The notes: generated by a model from the sequence alone, not told the origin. A stretch of DNA of 63,708 nucleotides, filler included, from Collodictyon triciliatum (GCA_043381765.1; 3 parts of 3 records of this genome joined end to end with filler, not necessarily neighbours in it); one strand, 5' to 3'. Shown: positions 36,878 through 50,981, numbered from the whole stretch's first letter. Numbers and translations are program-made.

Positions 36878-38664
36878 ATGCTTGTCGAAACATTCCGCGT
36901 CAACTCGCCCAACGTCCAATACACCCCCTCCGAAATCGTCTCGCAGTACGCATACGACCAGACCGAAGCCGCAATCGAGGCCGATGGAAGCCTGACCGTC
37001 ACGCCCGTCTCAAACCACTTTGAATTCCGCACACAGCGCAATGTCCCAAAGACCGGCCTCATGATCGTCGGGCTTGGCGGCAACAACGGCACCACTTTGA
37101 CAGCAGGCATCATCGCAAACCGCGAGTGAGTACCGCATCCTTCCCCACCCCACCCTATCATACCATATTTGCACATCGATCCTTTCCACAAAAGGCATGA
37201 CTAAGCAAACGCCATCCCCTCAACCCGCGTCATTTCGCGCGCTGTCATGAAAACAGAGGGATATGCTGGCGCACCAAGGAAGGTGTCCGCCAGCCAAACT
37301 ACTTTGGGTCTGTGACGCAGGCATCGACCGTGCGCTTGGCCGAGAACTATTTCTTGCCCTTCAACAAGCTGCTGCCCATGGTGAATCCAAACGACCTTGT
37401 GATTGGAGGGTGGGACATCTCGTCGCTGGACCTTGCCCAGGCCATGGAGCGGGCCCGCGTCTTGGACTACGACCTGCAGCGCCAGTTGGTACCGTGGATG
37501 CAGAGCATGAAGCCGCTGCCGGCTGTCTACTACCCGGACTTTATTGCGGCAAACCAGGCGGACCGCGCAGACAACGTGCTTGGCGGGTCAAAGAAGGAGC
37601 ATGTGGCGCAGCTGCGCAAGGACATCCGCGAGTTCAAGGAGAAGAATCAGCTGGACAAGGTGATTGTGTTGTGGAGCGCAAACACCGAGCGCTTCTGTGA
37701 AGTGGCCCAAGGACTCAACGACACGGCTGCCAATCTGCTGAGCTCGATAGACTCTGGAGCCGCCGAGGTTTCCCCGTCCACGGTCTACGCTGTCGCATCC
37801 ATCCTGGAGGGTTGCACATTCATCAACGGGTCGCCCCAGAATACGCTTGTGCCAGGCGTTGTGGAGCTTGCTCTGCAGCACAAGGTCTTTGTGGGCGGCG
37901 ATGACTTCAAGACGGGCCAGACCAAGTTCAAGAGCGCGCTGGTCGAGTTCCTTGTGGGTGCAGGCATCAAGCCCGTCGCAATCACGTCCTACAACCATCT
38001 TGGAAACAATGACGGCAAAAACCTGTCGTCCCATCTGCAGTTCCGCTCCAAGGAGATCTCAAAGTCCAATGTTGTCGATGACATGGTCGCCTCCAACCCT
38101 ATTCTCTATGCCCCGGGCGAGCACCCTGACCACACTGTCGTCATCAAGTACGTGCCTTATGTTGCAGATTCCAAGCGCGCCATGGATGAGTATGTCTCGG
38201 AGATTTTCATGGGTGGCATTAACACCATCGCCCTTCACAACACGTGCGAAGACTCACTCCTCGCCACGCCTATCATGCTGGACCTTGTCCTCGTTGCCGA
38301 GTTGGCCTCCCGCATCTCCTTCAAGACAAGTGCATATAGCTGCTACATATCACAACATTCTCCCCAATAATACGCTACCTTGAATGTTTTGTGTTGTGAG
38401 GGTTTCCAGACATGGCATGGTAGTCAATACTCACTCTATGATTAATACGCTGCAGATGGCGCCGCAGAGCCCGAGTCCTTCCATTCAGTCCTCTCCATCC
38501 TCAGCTACTGGCTCAAGGCCCCAGTCGTTCCGGACGGCACTCCCGTTGTCAATGCGCTGTCCAAGCAGAGAGCCTGTCTCGAAAACATCTTCCGTGCGTG
38601 TGTAGGTTTGCCCCCAGAAAACTACATGACCCTTGAGCACAAGATTGTCCGCAAGCGCAGTTAA
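36878..38664 (+). CDS. INO1: Myo-inositol-1-phosphate synthase (3 exons)
   Basis: [103 protein letters not shown]; introns ~37126-37257 and ~38330-38455; TAA at 38662-38664. Confidence 0.97.
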
Positions 38665-38909
38665 GAAGCGGAATAGAGCAGTCCACAAGCGCAGCGGAGC
38701 GTCCTCTCTTCCAGTACCATCTAGACTTAAAGACGAAAGAGAAGAATAAACCGAACAAAAATGAAGGGAAACAAATGAAATAGAGACCAGCTAATAATAC
38801 TACGAGCAAAATCACTTTGTGGGAGCGAGAGAGAGCTTCAATAGATCTTAAAGACTCTCGCGCTTTCTCTTTATTGAGTCTTTTGGCAGCCCGCTACCGG
38901 AACCAGACT

Positions 38910-41900
38910 CTACATGACGGAGCAGGCGCGAGAGGCGTTCTGATTTCCAACCGGCTTTGCGCCGGGATTAGAAGCAGCCTTTGGATTTGAGCCCATAGCA
39001 GGCTTGACAGCAGATGTAGCGGAAGAAGGAGCTGGGCTGGACGCAGACGCACCTGCTGCTTTCTGGTCAGGGGCAGCTTGGACAACAGCCTTCATTGCGA
39101 CAGATGTTGCCGTGACTGTGTGGACGGCGCCTTTCAGCTTGGATTTCGGGGCGATACCAGATGCAGCCTGCGTATATCACGCCAATTAATTATCACAGGC
39201 TGCTACTCACTAAATGGTTTGTTCTTTTGTTGTGTTTGGATGTTTGTTTCTGTGGTGTGTGTGTGTGTGCCTGGTGAATTGTCTGGGCGACATCAGCATC
39301 AATTAGTCCTTTTGTGGAGGCTGCATCTACAATCTTCTCGATGTTTTTGAGACGGCGATTCATGTGGGCGTACATCGAGCGCATGGCCGCCAGTTCGCCT
39401 ACAATCAAAATTTTGTTTGCAGTATATAAGAATATTTATCATGGATTGAAACAAAAAGATGGTCTCTGCTGGAGACTAACTTTTTCAAAAAAATGATAAA
39501 TAATTCGCTCGATAATTAGTTGTAAAAAGTATGTGAGGACTCTCTTTATATTTCCAATAAATTTATTTGCACTGAATATTCATTTTGATAAGCATGAAGC
39601 AAATATCAGTTTATATTACCTTGATAGACAGCGATGGAGCCTTGGTCTCGGCATGCACTAAGCTGAGCGTTGAGCTCCAGATGGTTTCTATCCTTCAGAA
39701 TGTGACCCCGACCCTGAGGCATTCGTGGTGAGCAGGGAGTCGTTTGTGTGCGTTATGAGTTCAAAAATAGTTTATACACACTCTCTGAGAAGAATAAAAA
39801 TTAAAATAAAAAGAACCTTAGCATTGCCGGATGCACTTTCTTCTTTCTGGGTTCCGAAAGTTTCAATCTGTAGCATCCCCTTCTACATACGATTTGACCC
39901 ATAGCGTTAATATCGATATAAATAATTCACAGTAGACTAAATATTAAGGAAATGCCAATATGGATGTTACTGCTCACCATCAATAATTCCAAAGTAGGCT
40001 TGTCGACTAGAGCAATTTAGTAAGTATCATAACTTGCGATGAACAAGCAATAGCCACAGATTTCAATATCACATACAAAATCTTAGTTAAATAAGGGGCT
40101 GCTAAATAGTGTGATAACGAGTACCTTTCTCGAATGTAAACTGCTTTGTAAACTTAAAATCTGGATTTATGGTTCCTTCGACAACCTTGGTCTTGACAAA
40201 TACAATAGGATTCCATCAGAGATAAATACACAGTGGTGATATAGTTATGAATGATATTGCTCAACTATTCCTTGGACCAAATTAATGGATAGATGGAGAC
40301 GACACAAACCTGATGGACCTGCCCGTTGAATGTGTACTTGCAAAAAAGGGACACGTATCTGGTAAATAGAATTACACAAGTTAATGTCATTTCTCTCTCT
40401 TTCTCTTTATATACATGAATCTTTGCTTACTTGGGATTCAAACCACGGGCGTATGCAATCTCAACCACAAAGTCGATGCGTTTACCCAGGAGTTCCTGAT
40501 ATATACGAAAAGAGCGAGGTCAATTCATCTATATTATTCTTTTTTTTTTTTTTTCATTTATGATATCCAAATAACTAGTTTGAAGCTTACCTTCGGATCT
40601 TCTACAAACAAATCTTCTTCATCTTCACCAAAATGATCGACAGTGACGCCTTTAGAGTTACATGGCAAAACTTTAACATGCAATATACCCTGGTCAGGAT
40701 AAAGATTAGGCGTGAAAGAAAGTAGAAGCAATATTCATTCAGGTATGATTAAGCGAGACATTTTTCAACAAAGGGTTTACGAATCGGAGGAGCTAATTCT
40801 TGATGAAAAAGGAAAACTTAATCATACAGATTAATAGCGAACCTCGTTTTTCCCTTTGTAATCCTTAATATCGACATTGTCATCGAACTCTGTTAATAGA
40901 TGCAAGAGTAAGTACTTTTTCTTTTTAGGACTAGGTTCGCTTCGAAGTAGGCTTGAAAATACATATTCGAGAAATAAACTATGGGTTACCAATCATATAC
41001 GACAACGAGTTGAGATAGACATTCGAGACTCCAATCAAGACAGGTTCGTTGGGGTCCCAGAAAGGGTCTTGCTCCTGTGAAATCCTCATGTCTTCACCGT
41101 CAGTGAATCTGGTGTAGTGCTACAGACAAGAAATTTGACGATACCAGTAACGTTCTATTCATTTTGGTGGCAGAAGTAGCTGTGATGATATTGCTGACAT
41201 ATTCCTCCTTTCTTGAATTTTTAAAAATGAGATGAACTTTCGAATTGAAAATCAACCTCTCTCATAATAAAAACACGATTAATAAACTTCTCAGAAGACC
41301 ACATCCACGACGCTTGTGTATTGGTGTGTTTCATACGCACACCAAGCTGTTGTAATTAACAAACACAATGAGTTTCTTTTTAGAACGGTTTGAATGAAAT
41401 ATGAAATAGAAAGAACAGAAAGCTATTCATGGTAAAAAGGGGAGCAATTAATAGACAGAACCTCAGGTTTAAACGCACCATTGACGAACTTGTTGATAAT
41501 CTATGCCAATTTTTCAATTTAAGAAAGTAAATATTTAATGGATGGATGTAAATTATGGCTGTATATTCAAATATATACACTTGCTATTATTCAATATACC
41601 TTAACTTCAAAATTAACATTTTTATCCAACTCTGCACTAATAAGGTTTGCTTCATTAACCTAGAATTGTTCAGTCCAACTTTAGAAATACGATATGAACA
41701 TGGTTGGTAATCTATACAACAGCACCAGTGGAATAACACGGATAAGTTCTTCTTGAAGCAAGAATTGAGTTCGCTCCGTTTCCGTCATTTCTTTCATGTC
41801 CTTACTATGTAATGCCATTTTTGAAATCAATTAAATATGAACGTGAAATAGCATAAACTATATTGTTCAATGCACTGCAATGTGAAATGATATATCACTT

Positions 41901-42501
41901 TGCTTCAACAGCAAATCCTTGTTCATGAATAATCTCCTGTTGAGCTTCCTCCCATGTGGGTGATACATCAGCAAGTCCCTTTTCAGCCATTTCAAACGGA
42001 TTGGAGAGGTAATACAAATGGTTTGTGCCAAACAGAACGCGGTCTCCATGATGGAACTCAACAACCTATTGCACAGATATAAAAAACATACAAAGTCCAT
42101 CAGCCTCTGACTAACACAATAGTTGGATGATTACTAACAAAAAATAAACCTGGTCGATTCCTAGAGGGTGTCCATTATGCAGCACACGAGCATCACCGAT
42201 GGCCTTCAAGGTAAAAATTGAACCTTGTCGACGAAGCTCAGCATGTTTCGCATGGATGCTAGATTGGTATTTTTTTCTTACAAAAATGCTTCTAAAAATC
42301 GCCTGTATGATATAGAGCTGATGGCAGAAATATTAACGGAGCTATGCTTCAACTATTAAATGCTACTTTAGTATCTGATAGGATTAAAATTAGCTCATAC
42401 CTTACTCCAGTCATAGGAATAGTGGGTGTTGGTGTGGAATTACGAAGACCGACAGTCTCAACTTCCATTTCGAGCATATGATTGAGCATATTACTATATT
42501 C

Positions 42502-42585
<84 letters not shown>

Positions 42586-45500
42586 CAGTAAGCAAGTTCC
42601 AGAGAGCTTCTTCAAGAATGATATTTGGAAAAACAAACGCATATCCAAGTGGTGAAAAGAGTGACATATAAGATACATTTGTTTATTTTTCAATCCAAAT
42701 CTAAATTAAAATAATACCAAAGGAGGGGGTCTTCATTAATGTTTTTCAAATGGGGAACATTCTTCTTTTTCTTCTCTTCCTACGGTAGTTACATGTGAAA
42801 ATCATTGATTTCTCCCATGATTGGCGATATGGACTAAATTCAACTAAAAATGAGACAAAAAAAACCTGCTCTATTCTGGCCTCATTCTGCTCGCGCTCCT
42901 TTCGGGCTTCGTCGAGCTTTGTTTGCCAAGATTTACTCTGATTCTCCATCATCCTATTAGTTACTTGTTAATGACACGACACAAAGGACATTTTTCTTTT
43001 CTGTAGATTACTTTTGATTTTCGCTCAGAATCGACTGCATTTCTTCAAGTTTCAGTCTAACTGTAATATTTAGAAGTGACGCGATGTTCTTAAAAAAAAT
43101 AGCACGTCTATGAGATTTGGTATAGTTAAGCTGATGTTAATGGGAGTGTAGAACATACGCTCTTCACTCTCGGCATCCGTCTTTCCTTTTTTACCACTTT
43201 CACCACCCTCATCTTCATCATCATCTTCATCCTTTGACGCGGGTCTTCCAGACTTTAAATCCTTAATTTGTGACAGCAATCGAGCGTTTTCTGCCTTCAG
43301 CTCTTGGACAAGAACTTCCATAGGGTCAACATTCACCTATTTATGCATATTTAGATTGATAAATTACCAAGCTTGCTATTACATCAATAGTCTTTTCAAA
43401 ACAAAAGAAAAGTATTCGTTGCATACAATAGCTTTATTCTTGATTTGCTTGGCTCTGTCGGCATATCTAGAGTTAAGATTTTCATGAAGTTCAGTAATGT
43501 GAAAATAATCAAAGATTCATAAAAAAAAGATCAAGTATTAAAACTTGGGTAAAGTATGATTTAAACCTCAGTGTCGAGAGGGTCTCTTCATAGTTAATAT
43601 CTGCTGGAGACAATGCAGCAATCATGATGGTTTTACTGAGCACATACAAATGTAAGCAAAATGACACATGATTGAAGATGCTATATAAAAGGAGTGAAAT
43701 TAGAACATGCCTGTTTCCTCCCAAGGCATCTTGGAGAATCTGAGTTAGCTTTGAATCGCGATAGGGAACAAGGATTTTCTTCTTAGGGTTATTGGCCTTT
43801 TCTACAAATGATGTAATCCGATATGATGCCTTGCACAAATGGGGGGTCTATAAGATTGGAAGAACAAACCTGCCAGCGCTGTAATAACGTTGCCAAGCAT
43901 AGTCAAACTCAAGTTAATAGCTGCGCCCTCTTTAAGACGGTCGCCGGTTGCTCCAGTACTTTCAGCACGCTCACTTCCTGATTCACGTGATTTTAATTTT
44001 CCAGGGGTTAAAGTTCCACATCTGCTTCATTTGTGTCAAAGTGCTATTCCTAACATTCTATCACTTTTTAAACGTTCATAGTTACCAGCCAGATCCACAA
44101 GATTAATCTTGCTGACCGTTTCTTTATCTTGACCAGGGCCTTTCCCGTTCTTTTCCACTTGAGTGAAAGTGATCGCCTATTTTTCGTTCGGGTATTACTT
44201 TTATCTCACAGCAACCAATTATACAAGAAAAGCATCCCGTACCACAACCGTATGAGCGCGAGAGCTAGTTGAGTTCATTTGTGTTGATGCCACCGTTCTA
44301 TTGAAAAGAGAACCATATTCATATTCATACAACCAGTTATATTCATCAAAAACAAAACAACAACAAATTATTCAGCACCGTAATTGATTTGAGAGAATGT
44401 AAACACACAGTTCAATGATCATTTAATAGACTGATAAAACAACCTGTTATGTGTTCCAGCTTCCATCCATTTTTCGATCTCTCGGTAGCTGTTGACGGGC
44501 ACGTCGCTCAACCCAACAACTTGAACACCTAACTGTGGGTGTTGTCTCACCTTCAGACCTATTGGCATGATAATTTTTACACAGTTCTTAATGAGAACAT
44601 CTTAGTCTGTGTGATAAACAAAAAGAAAAAAAAAAGGATATACAAGACATCCAATGGGCACAGTAAATATATGGCAAGTGAGTGCTTCCTTATTATTTTA
44701 AGAAGCAGACTGTATGTATACCTCCTTTGGGATTCTTATCCATAGGAATTAGCAAATCGCGAACTTGCTCATTGTAAATCTCAAGCATTTGAAGAGAAAC
44801 ATGAAACACCTATAATTTATATATTTTCCATGGGGGTTTATAGATAAAGATCAGAATATTTTCCAGACATTGTCTTTATATGTTAAAAAAACATCCAAGT
44901 ATGCTTCATTTTTATCATTACAAGGGAGGTACTGGTGGACGAGGCGATGTATTTGAATATTTCGTCACAAGAAATAGGGACAATTCCCTTATTAACACCT
45001 ATTAGATAGAGACAGTCATGCGCTGATGCCTCGTATTTAATCAAAACATTACTTTTCTAAGGTCAAGTAAATGTATTATCTAGGTGGTGTGTTATACTTC
45101 TTTTATATTCACAGACCATATCCGACCATAGAATAGCTTTTCCCTGAGCCAGTCTGCCCATATGCAAAAAGACTGCAATTATAACCTATTCAAGAATGAA
45201 TAAGTCCAGAGAGATGTAAATTGGACGTTTCTTGGAATGATTTTTTTTCGAAGGAAATACGTTCTTCAAAGAGTGGTATCAAAATCAATTTCTTTAGTGT
45301 AAACATAGATGAACAACAATATTGTGCAGGAGTATTAGAAACCTTTGAACGCGTTATTTAGCACATCACGACCAAGTTCATCAAAGACTTTCTTTTGATC
45401 GGCATACTTTGGAACTGACGGTGTCATAAGCCCTATTTCAATTCATTTCGATGCATTATCACAAGAGAAGAAGGAAATAAAGAGGCAGGACCATCGGGAG

Positions 45501-46255
45501 CAAATAGAAAAAAGAAAAAAAGAAAAAAAGAAAAAAAGAAAAAAAGAAAAAAAGAAAAAAAGAAAAAAAGAAAAAAAGAAAAAAAGAAAAAAAGAAAAAA
45601 AGAAAAGGAGAAAAAAGAAAGGAAAGATAGAAGGTACACCAAGACGCAACGATGGGTTGAATATATAATTTGCCTGTGCTATCTGTGTCGAAGCCGTCAT
45701 GAGACCAGTACGAAAAGTCGAACGTGAAAGTTTTCTCCTCTTGGGAATGAGGATTGACAATAACGGTGGATGGGCCTTTATTGAGTTCGACGTGTCAATA
45801 AATGTGGATAGACAGGTGTTTGACGGAGGCATTGTGTTGAAAGAAATATTTCTCACCGTTCATTTTGATGATGAGCTTGGCTCCACGGTCCTTCTCACTG
45901 TCGCGAGAATAATGAAACAAGAAACAAACCCAGAGATAGTATAATGATAAATATATAAAGCTGACTCGAGAGATGGAATATAGCGATTCACTGAAGATCA
46001 ACGTCATACTACGGCAATTCGTTCTATTGATCGACTTACCGCGTGTTAAAAGGACGGACGCGGACAGCGACACGAACAGAGTCAGACACTAATTTGAAAG
46101 GAATAATACACTATCAGGCACGACAAGGATCTCACCCAACGGCGTTATTCATTCTTTTCTTAAATTATGGAAAAAAAAACAAAACAAAAAAAAAACAGAC
46201 AAGAGACTTTCACGAGTCACATAGATATATTCCTCGTTGATGAGGATAACTTACT
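38910..46255 (-). CDS. Kinesin-3 family motor, KIF28/KLP-6-like (motor, FHA, C2-like region, C-terminal CaaX); multi-exon
   Basis: [105 protein letters not shown] ([25 protein letters not shown]); [29 protein letters not shown]; ends SRACSVM*. Confidence 0.92.
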
Positions 46256-46727
46256 CTTCGGGTGCGGGCGCTGCTATACTTCTTTCTTGGTGTTAGCCGC
46301 AGTGCTATGCGGTATTTCTACAGTTCTGATTAGTTAATTGTATTCCCCAGCATAAAACCCCGGATCTTTGCCAACTTCCCTTCCACTCTCACTTCGCTAA
46401 TACATGTCCACCCGCTTCTTTCCAGTTTTTCTCTCAATTTATTTCTTTATGATTCATCACAGGTTCATCATCGCTTTTATTTACTCGAAAGTTTGAAACT
46501 AGAATTTGAACGGTCGGTTAACGGAAACCCAATTTGGAATTTATATTGCTTTCATTTTATTCTGTTGGCAAGGAAGTGACACCAGCCAGACTTGGCCAGA
46601 CCTCGTTGAAAAGGCCACGGTGATGGGTTGCAAAAGAAGCACGCCGTTGATGAGAGAAGCACGGCCATTGCGCGAGGAAGTCAGTAAAGAAAAGTCATGG
46701 TGGCACTGCGGGAATCAGAGAATTTGG

Positions 46728-49234
46728 CTAGTTTGCTCCGAAGCACTGGACTCTTCTGTTTTCGCGCTCCAACACATATAATCTTCCATCAAGGCCAAAA
46801 CATATTCCATGCGGATTATTGAATCTCCCATCCTCAGTTCCATTACCACTCATCTCAAAGAGGACCTTTCCATCAGATGAACAGACCAAAACTTTATGAC
46901 CCCCAAAGTCGGTGAAAAACATCGTCCCACCAGGCCCTTCCTGACCATTTGACCACTCACGAAAGTATAATGAATTTATGGTGCGCAAGTATTTACCATC
47001 AAAGTTGAAAAAACTTGCCTTTTCAGCATATCCATGAACACATATCTCGTCTTTGCTATTCAACCAAATATTGTGAGGTTGGGCTACTCTTCCCTCACCT
47101 GAGTTTGCAAAAGAGAGGACATGCTCAAAGTCGCTGTTAAACTTGTAGACAGAGTGTTTGTAGAGATCTGCAACATAAAGGTTCCCATTTAAATCAAATG
47201 CCATCCCACGGGGACCATGAAACCCAGGAAAAACGCCAGAGGGTATTGCTGCCTGTGATTTCTTTACTTTTGGAACCTTAGAAAAAAAGACATGTTCGTT
47301 ATCGAAGGCCTGGACGCGGGCTTTAAATTCTCCCCCGTTATCATCAGCCACAAAAATATATCCTTCTGCTGAGATGGCAATACCTGTAGGTGTAATAAAC
47401 TCTCCATCTTTACTCCCATGACATCCGAATGTTGTAACAAATTCCAAGTCGGGTGATAAAACTTGAACCCTGTGATTTTCCTGGTCTGTGATATAAATAT
47501 TGCCGGTATGCGGATGCACAGCTATGCCCCAAGGCAAATCAAATTGGAGGGGCCCAGAACCACGCACACCAACCATTTTAATCAGATTTTTGTAGTTTGA
47601 TATTTCTCTCTGAGCCCACACACGACCTTTTCCGGGCTTCACGATTTGGAGTATCTTAGCTTCATCCCCAATGCGAACATCAATATCAACAAGCTTTCTC
47701 AGACTATTTGTGATTTTTCCAACCCTAATATCAACGTTGTCATAAACACCTCTAGATATTGGCCTCTCCATTCTTATCAACATCTTCTCATGCTCTTTTT
47801 GAGATTCCTCATATCTTTTTAGAAGCGAACTGAATCCCTTCCCAACTGCTGATTGCGTATTTCTTGAATAAATGAGCCCGTTTGGATGCCTACTCTCCTC
47901 AAAGCTTTTCAAGGACGATATTGCCAACTCACGGGCATGCTGGATGATTTGCTCGCTTGTTGCCAACTCGTGTGTATCGATCTTGGATGGTTTCCAAATT
48001 TCATCATGCATTTCGTCCAACTGTAAAATGAAAGTCAGATTATGATGATTAGATCAAGAAATAGTGATGATATATTATCGGTATATACTTATTTACTCTG
48101 AAAATGAGTACCTTTTCCATCAACCGAACCTCTAGCTCTTCCAAGCTTTTGATAAAATCCATGGCTTTACCTCTCAAGCTTTCAATCTCACTGTGTATCT
48201 GCTCTTTCAGCTTTTCCTTTTTATCTTCCCCCTAAAACATGGTTTATATATTTTAATAAACCACATGTGATAGATTTTGTTATCATGAGTAAAATGAAAA
48301 GCAGACAACCGGAAGTTAGACAGTTTTCATCTATTTAGTTTAAACGCCATACTTTGTCAATCATTTGTTCCATATCTATACGTTTCTTCTCCAAGTCATG
48401 CATCTTACTTTCACAGTCAGAAATGTATCCTTGGACATCTTTTGCAAGTATATCAGTGCCTTCTTTGGCTGTGAAAAGTGTACCTTCACGTGATTTATAT
48501 TTTTGAACGCATTCAATACACAGGAACTTGGACGCATCACTGGAATAGCATAGATTAGAAGCCTGTCTGGTTGGATGATAATGGCATAGAGCCTTGTTGT
48601 CTGGGTCATGCGGCACATCACTGTAAATGACCATGTTTTTTTTAAAAAAAAATATGAAGCACCTTTATAAGTCTGATCGGTTCATGAACAATAAATAAAT
48701 AAATTGTAGTATGCATTACACACATATATGTTGATGGACTTTACATTTAATAATATCGGGCATCTTTCAAATCATGATAAAAACCTACACAACTTTGTGA
48801 GTCAGGATATTTAATATGCCTTTGTGTTGCTTCAAGCAACTTGGACATAAAAAGCCGCACCCGCTTGAGCAGTATTTTGAAGCCTCGAAATCACATTCTT
48901 TCGCACTGCACCTGGGTTGGAGGCCCTGGTTGGACTGGCTTGGTGAAGATGGTCTTTGTGAGAGATAAAGCGACACGTTTTCAAGCATATGTTCATCAAC
49001 CGAAAACATCTGTGCAATCTGCTTCGGAGAAGCCAGATCAACAGAAACAGATGCGCGACAAAGTGGGCAGCCGAAAGCACCGGTTTTCAAGTCGTACGCG
49101 TCAGAGACCAAACGGCAGACACATGAGTCGCAAAAAGTGTGGGAGCACGGCAAAGCAAACGGGGCCGACAAAAGAGTTGCGCAGACTGGGCAAAGGAGCC
49201 ACACTGGCGCGTCTGAAGGTTGGTCGGGCTCCAT
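46728..49234 (-). CDS. TRIM-NHL-like protein (RING, B-box1, degenerate B-box2, coiled coil, NHL propeller); 4 exons
   Basis: RING CPVC..LPCSHTFCDSC..CPLCR; B-box CSAKEC..ASKYCSSGCGFLCPSCLKQH..H; CHYHP..LC..C; heptad region; NHL repeats (FDLPWGIAV..IYITDQENHRVQV, GEFITPTGIAIS, FHGPRGMAFD..LYVAD, FNNPHGICF..LYVLERENRRVQCF). Confidence 0.88.
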
Positions 49235-49598
49235 ATTATTATTATTATTTTTAAAACTGTACAATTATTTTTTTAACAAGGAGTGTATCTGTTAAACTCT
49301 TTTTTTCACCTATTTTTTCTTCTTCTTTTGTTTGTACTGCTATCCTAGTTTCTTCTCTCTGGTTTTTTTTCTTGCCCAAGAAGCAGGAGTTGATCGCTGA
49401 CTTTGCGAAGTGGAGCAGGTTACTCTATTTGGGGGTGTTGTCTGCCTTTGGTTGTTAGCCGGTAACAAAACAAAAACGCATATAAACACATAAAAACAGA
49501 TAAAAACACATAAAAACACATAAACACTTTCAAGCACTGAAGCACACGCTATAGCAATAACACGCAAACGTACCAAAAAATCAAACCATAACACAGAC

Positions 49599-50981
49599 AT
49601 GCCGCGTTCTATTCCTCCGTTTGCGTGGGCTGTGGGCTTCATCATTCTTCACTTTGGAATCGTTGGCGGGCAGGATTATTCTGCAGCCCCGATGATTGCT
49701 CCACCTCCGGCAGCGATCGGCCTGGATGCATGGTTTGGCTCCGCCTTGAGTCTTTCGCCCTCATCAAACACACTTATTGCAGGAGCCTATGCCGACCATG
49801 CAAGTGCCACCATTACTTTCTCCGGGTCCGCCTTCGTGTTTGCCAGAGAAGATTCTACTTGGTCTCCAGGGGCAAAGCTCACATCCCCAAGCCCAAGCAG
49901 CAATGAGCAGTTCGGAGCTGCCGTAGCTTGTACTGACGAAATGGCTATTGTTGCTGGGCCTCTTGGGGACAATCTGAACGGTGCAGTATACACCTTCGTT
50001 TTAGCGGATGGGAAATGGACGCTGCATAGCATCTTGAAAGGACATGGTCTAAATAGCTTTGGGCGCAGTGTAGTGACGGACGGGTACGTTCTCATGGTTG
50101 GGGAGTGGGGCTACTCAAACTCTACGACTGGTTCAATTTCGGTTTATGAATCCAGTCTCGATAAAAATTGGTACCTGAAGAACAAGCTCAATGTCCCGTC
50201 CAGCTACCACCTGGGGACATCTTTGGCGATGAACTCAGCTCTGATTGTATCGGGCTCTGATGGAGAAAATGAATTCCGAGGCGCAGCCTATGTATTCAGC
50301 AGAGGTCAAGAACATAATGGTGCGACATCTGCGTCAAGACTAACTGTTCCGACCCGGCCGAATTCACAGTTTGGTTTTGCCGTCGCTGTCCTGTCCGATG
50401 ATTTGGTTGCGGTTGGATGCCTGTTGTACTGCAACGCGATATATGTTTTCGGATATGTTTCCCCTGATTGGACTCAATACACCACTATCAAGGCACCAGC
50501 CACCACTTCGTTTGGAAATGCGTTGTCCTTCTCTAACCCCTATCTCCTGGTTGGTGACTTTGGTGCTAGAAAATCATTCCTGGTAATCCTTGATGAAGCT
50601 GATTTGTCAGTCACAAGACAGATCTTGCCTGCTTCTTTTGTTAAGCCCTATGGAGGTTATGGATCTGCCGTATCTATGGCAAATAAATACGCAGTGGTCG
50701 GAGACTTTTTTGGAAGTGTTGGACTCTACCCATCTGGTGCCGTCTTTCCGTTCTCCATCCGAGGTTAGGGTATCAAATACGACCAATACATTGAATTTAT
50801 ACCCATCATTTTTCAGCAAAATAAACAAATCCACACAAAAGGCTCGACTGAAAGTCCAACGTTATCTCCTTATCCAACACCAACAACCAACGAATCATTG
50901 GATAAATCGGACGTTTCTCTACCGGGCGCTGGCGTGGTTGTTTCTGTGATATTTTTTTCTCAAACCAGTGCTATGATTTAG
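49599..50981 (+). CDS. Secreted or surface FG-GAP (integrin-alpha-type) beta-propeller protein
   Basis: Signal peptide (FAWAVGFIILHFGIVGG); about 7 blades (WFGSALSL..IAGAY, QFGAAVA..AGP, SFGRSV, LGTSLA, QFGFAVA, SFGNAL, GYGSAVS). Unspliced stop at 50768; a probable intron ~50763-50841 adds an S/T/P stalk and hydrophobic tail ending at 50981. Confidence 0.8.

Noticed and set aside
36878-38664. High GC content of INO1 as a sign of horizontal transfer
   Set aside because: Eukaryotic-type enzyme with spliceosomal introns; codon bias of a highly expressed gene is a sufficient explanation
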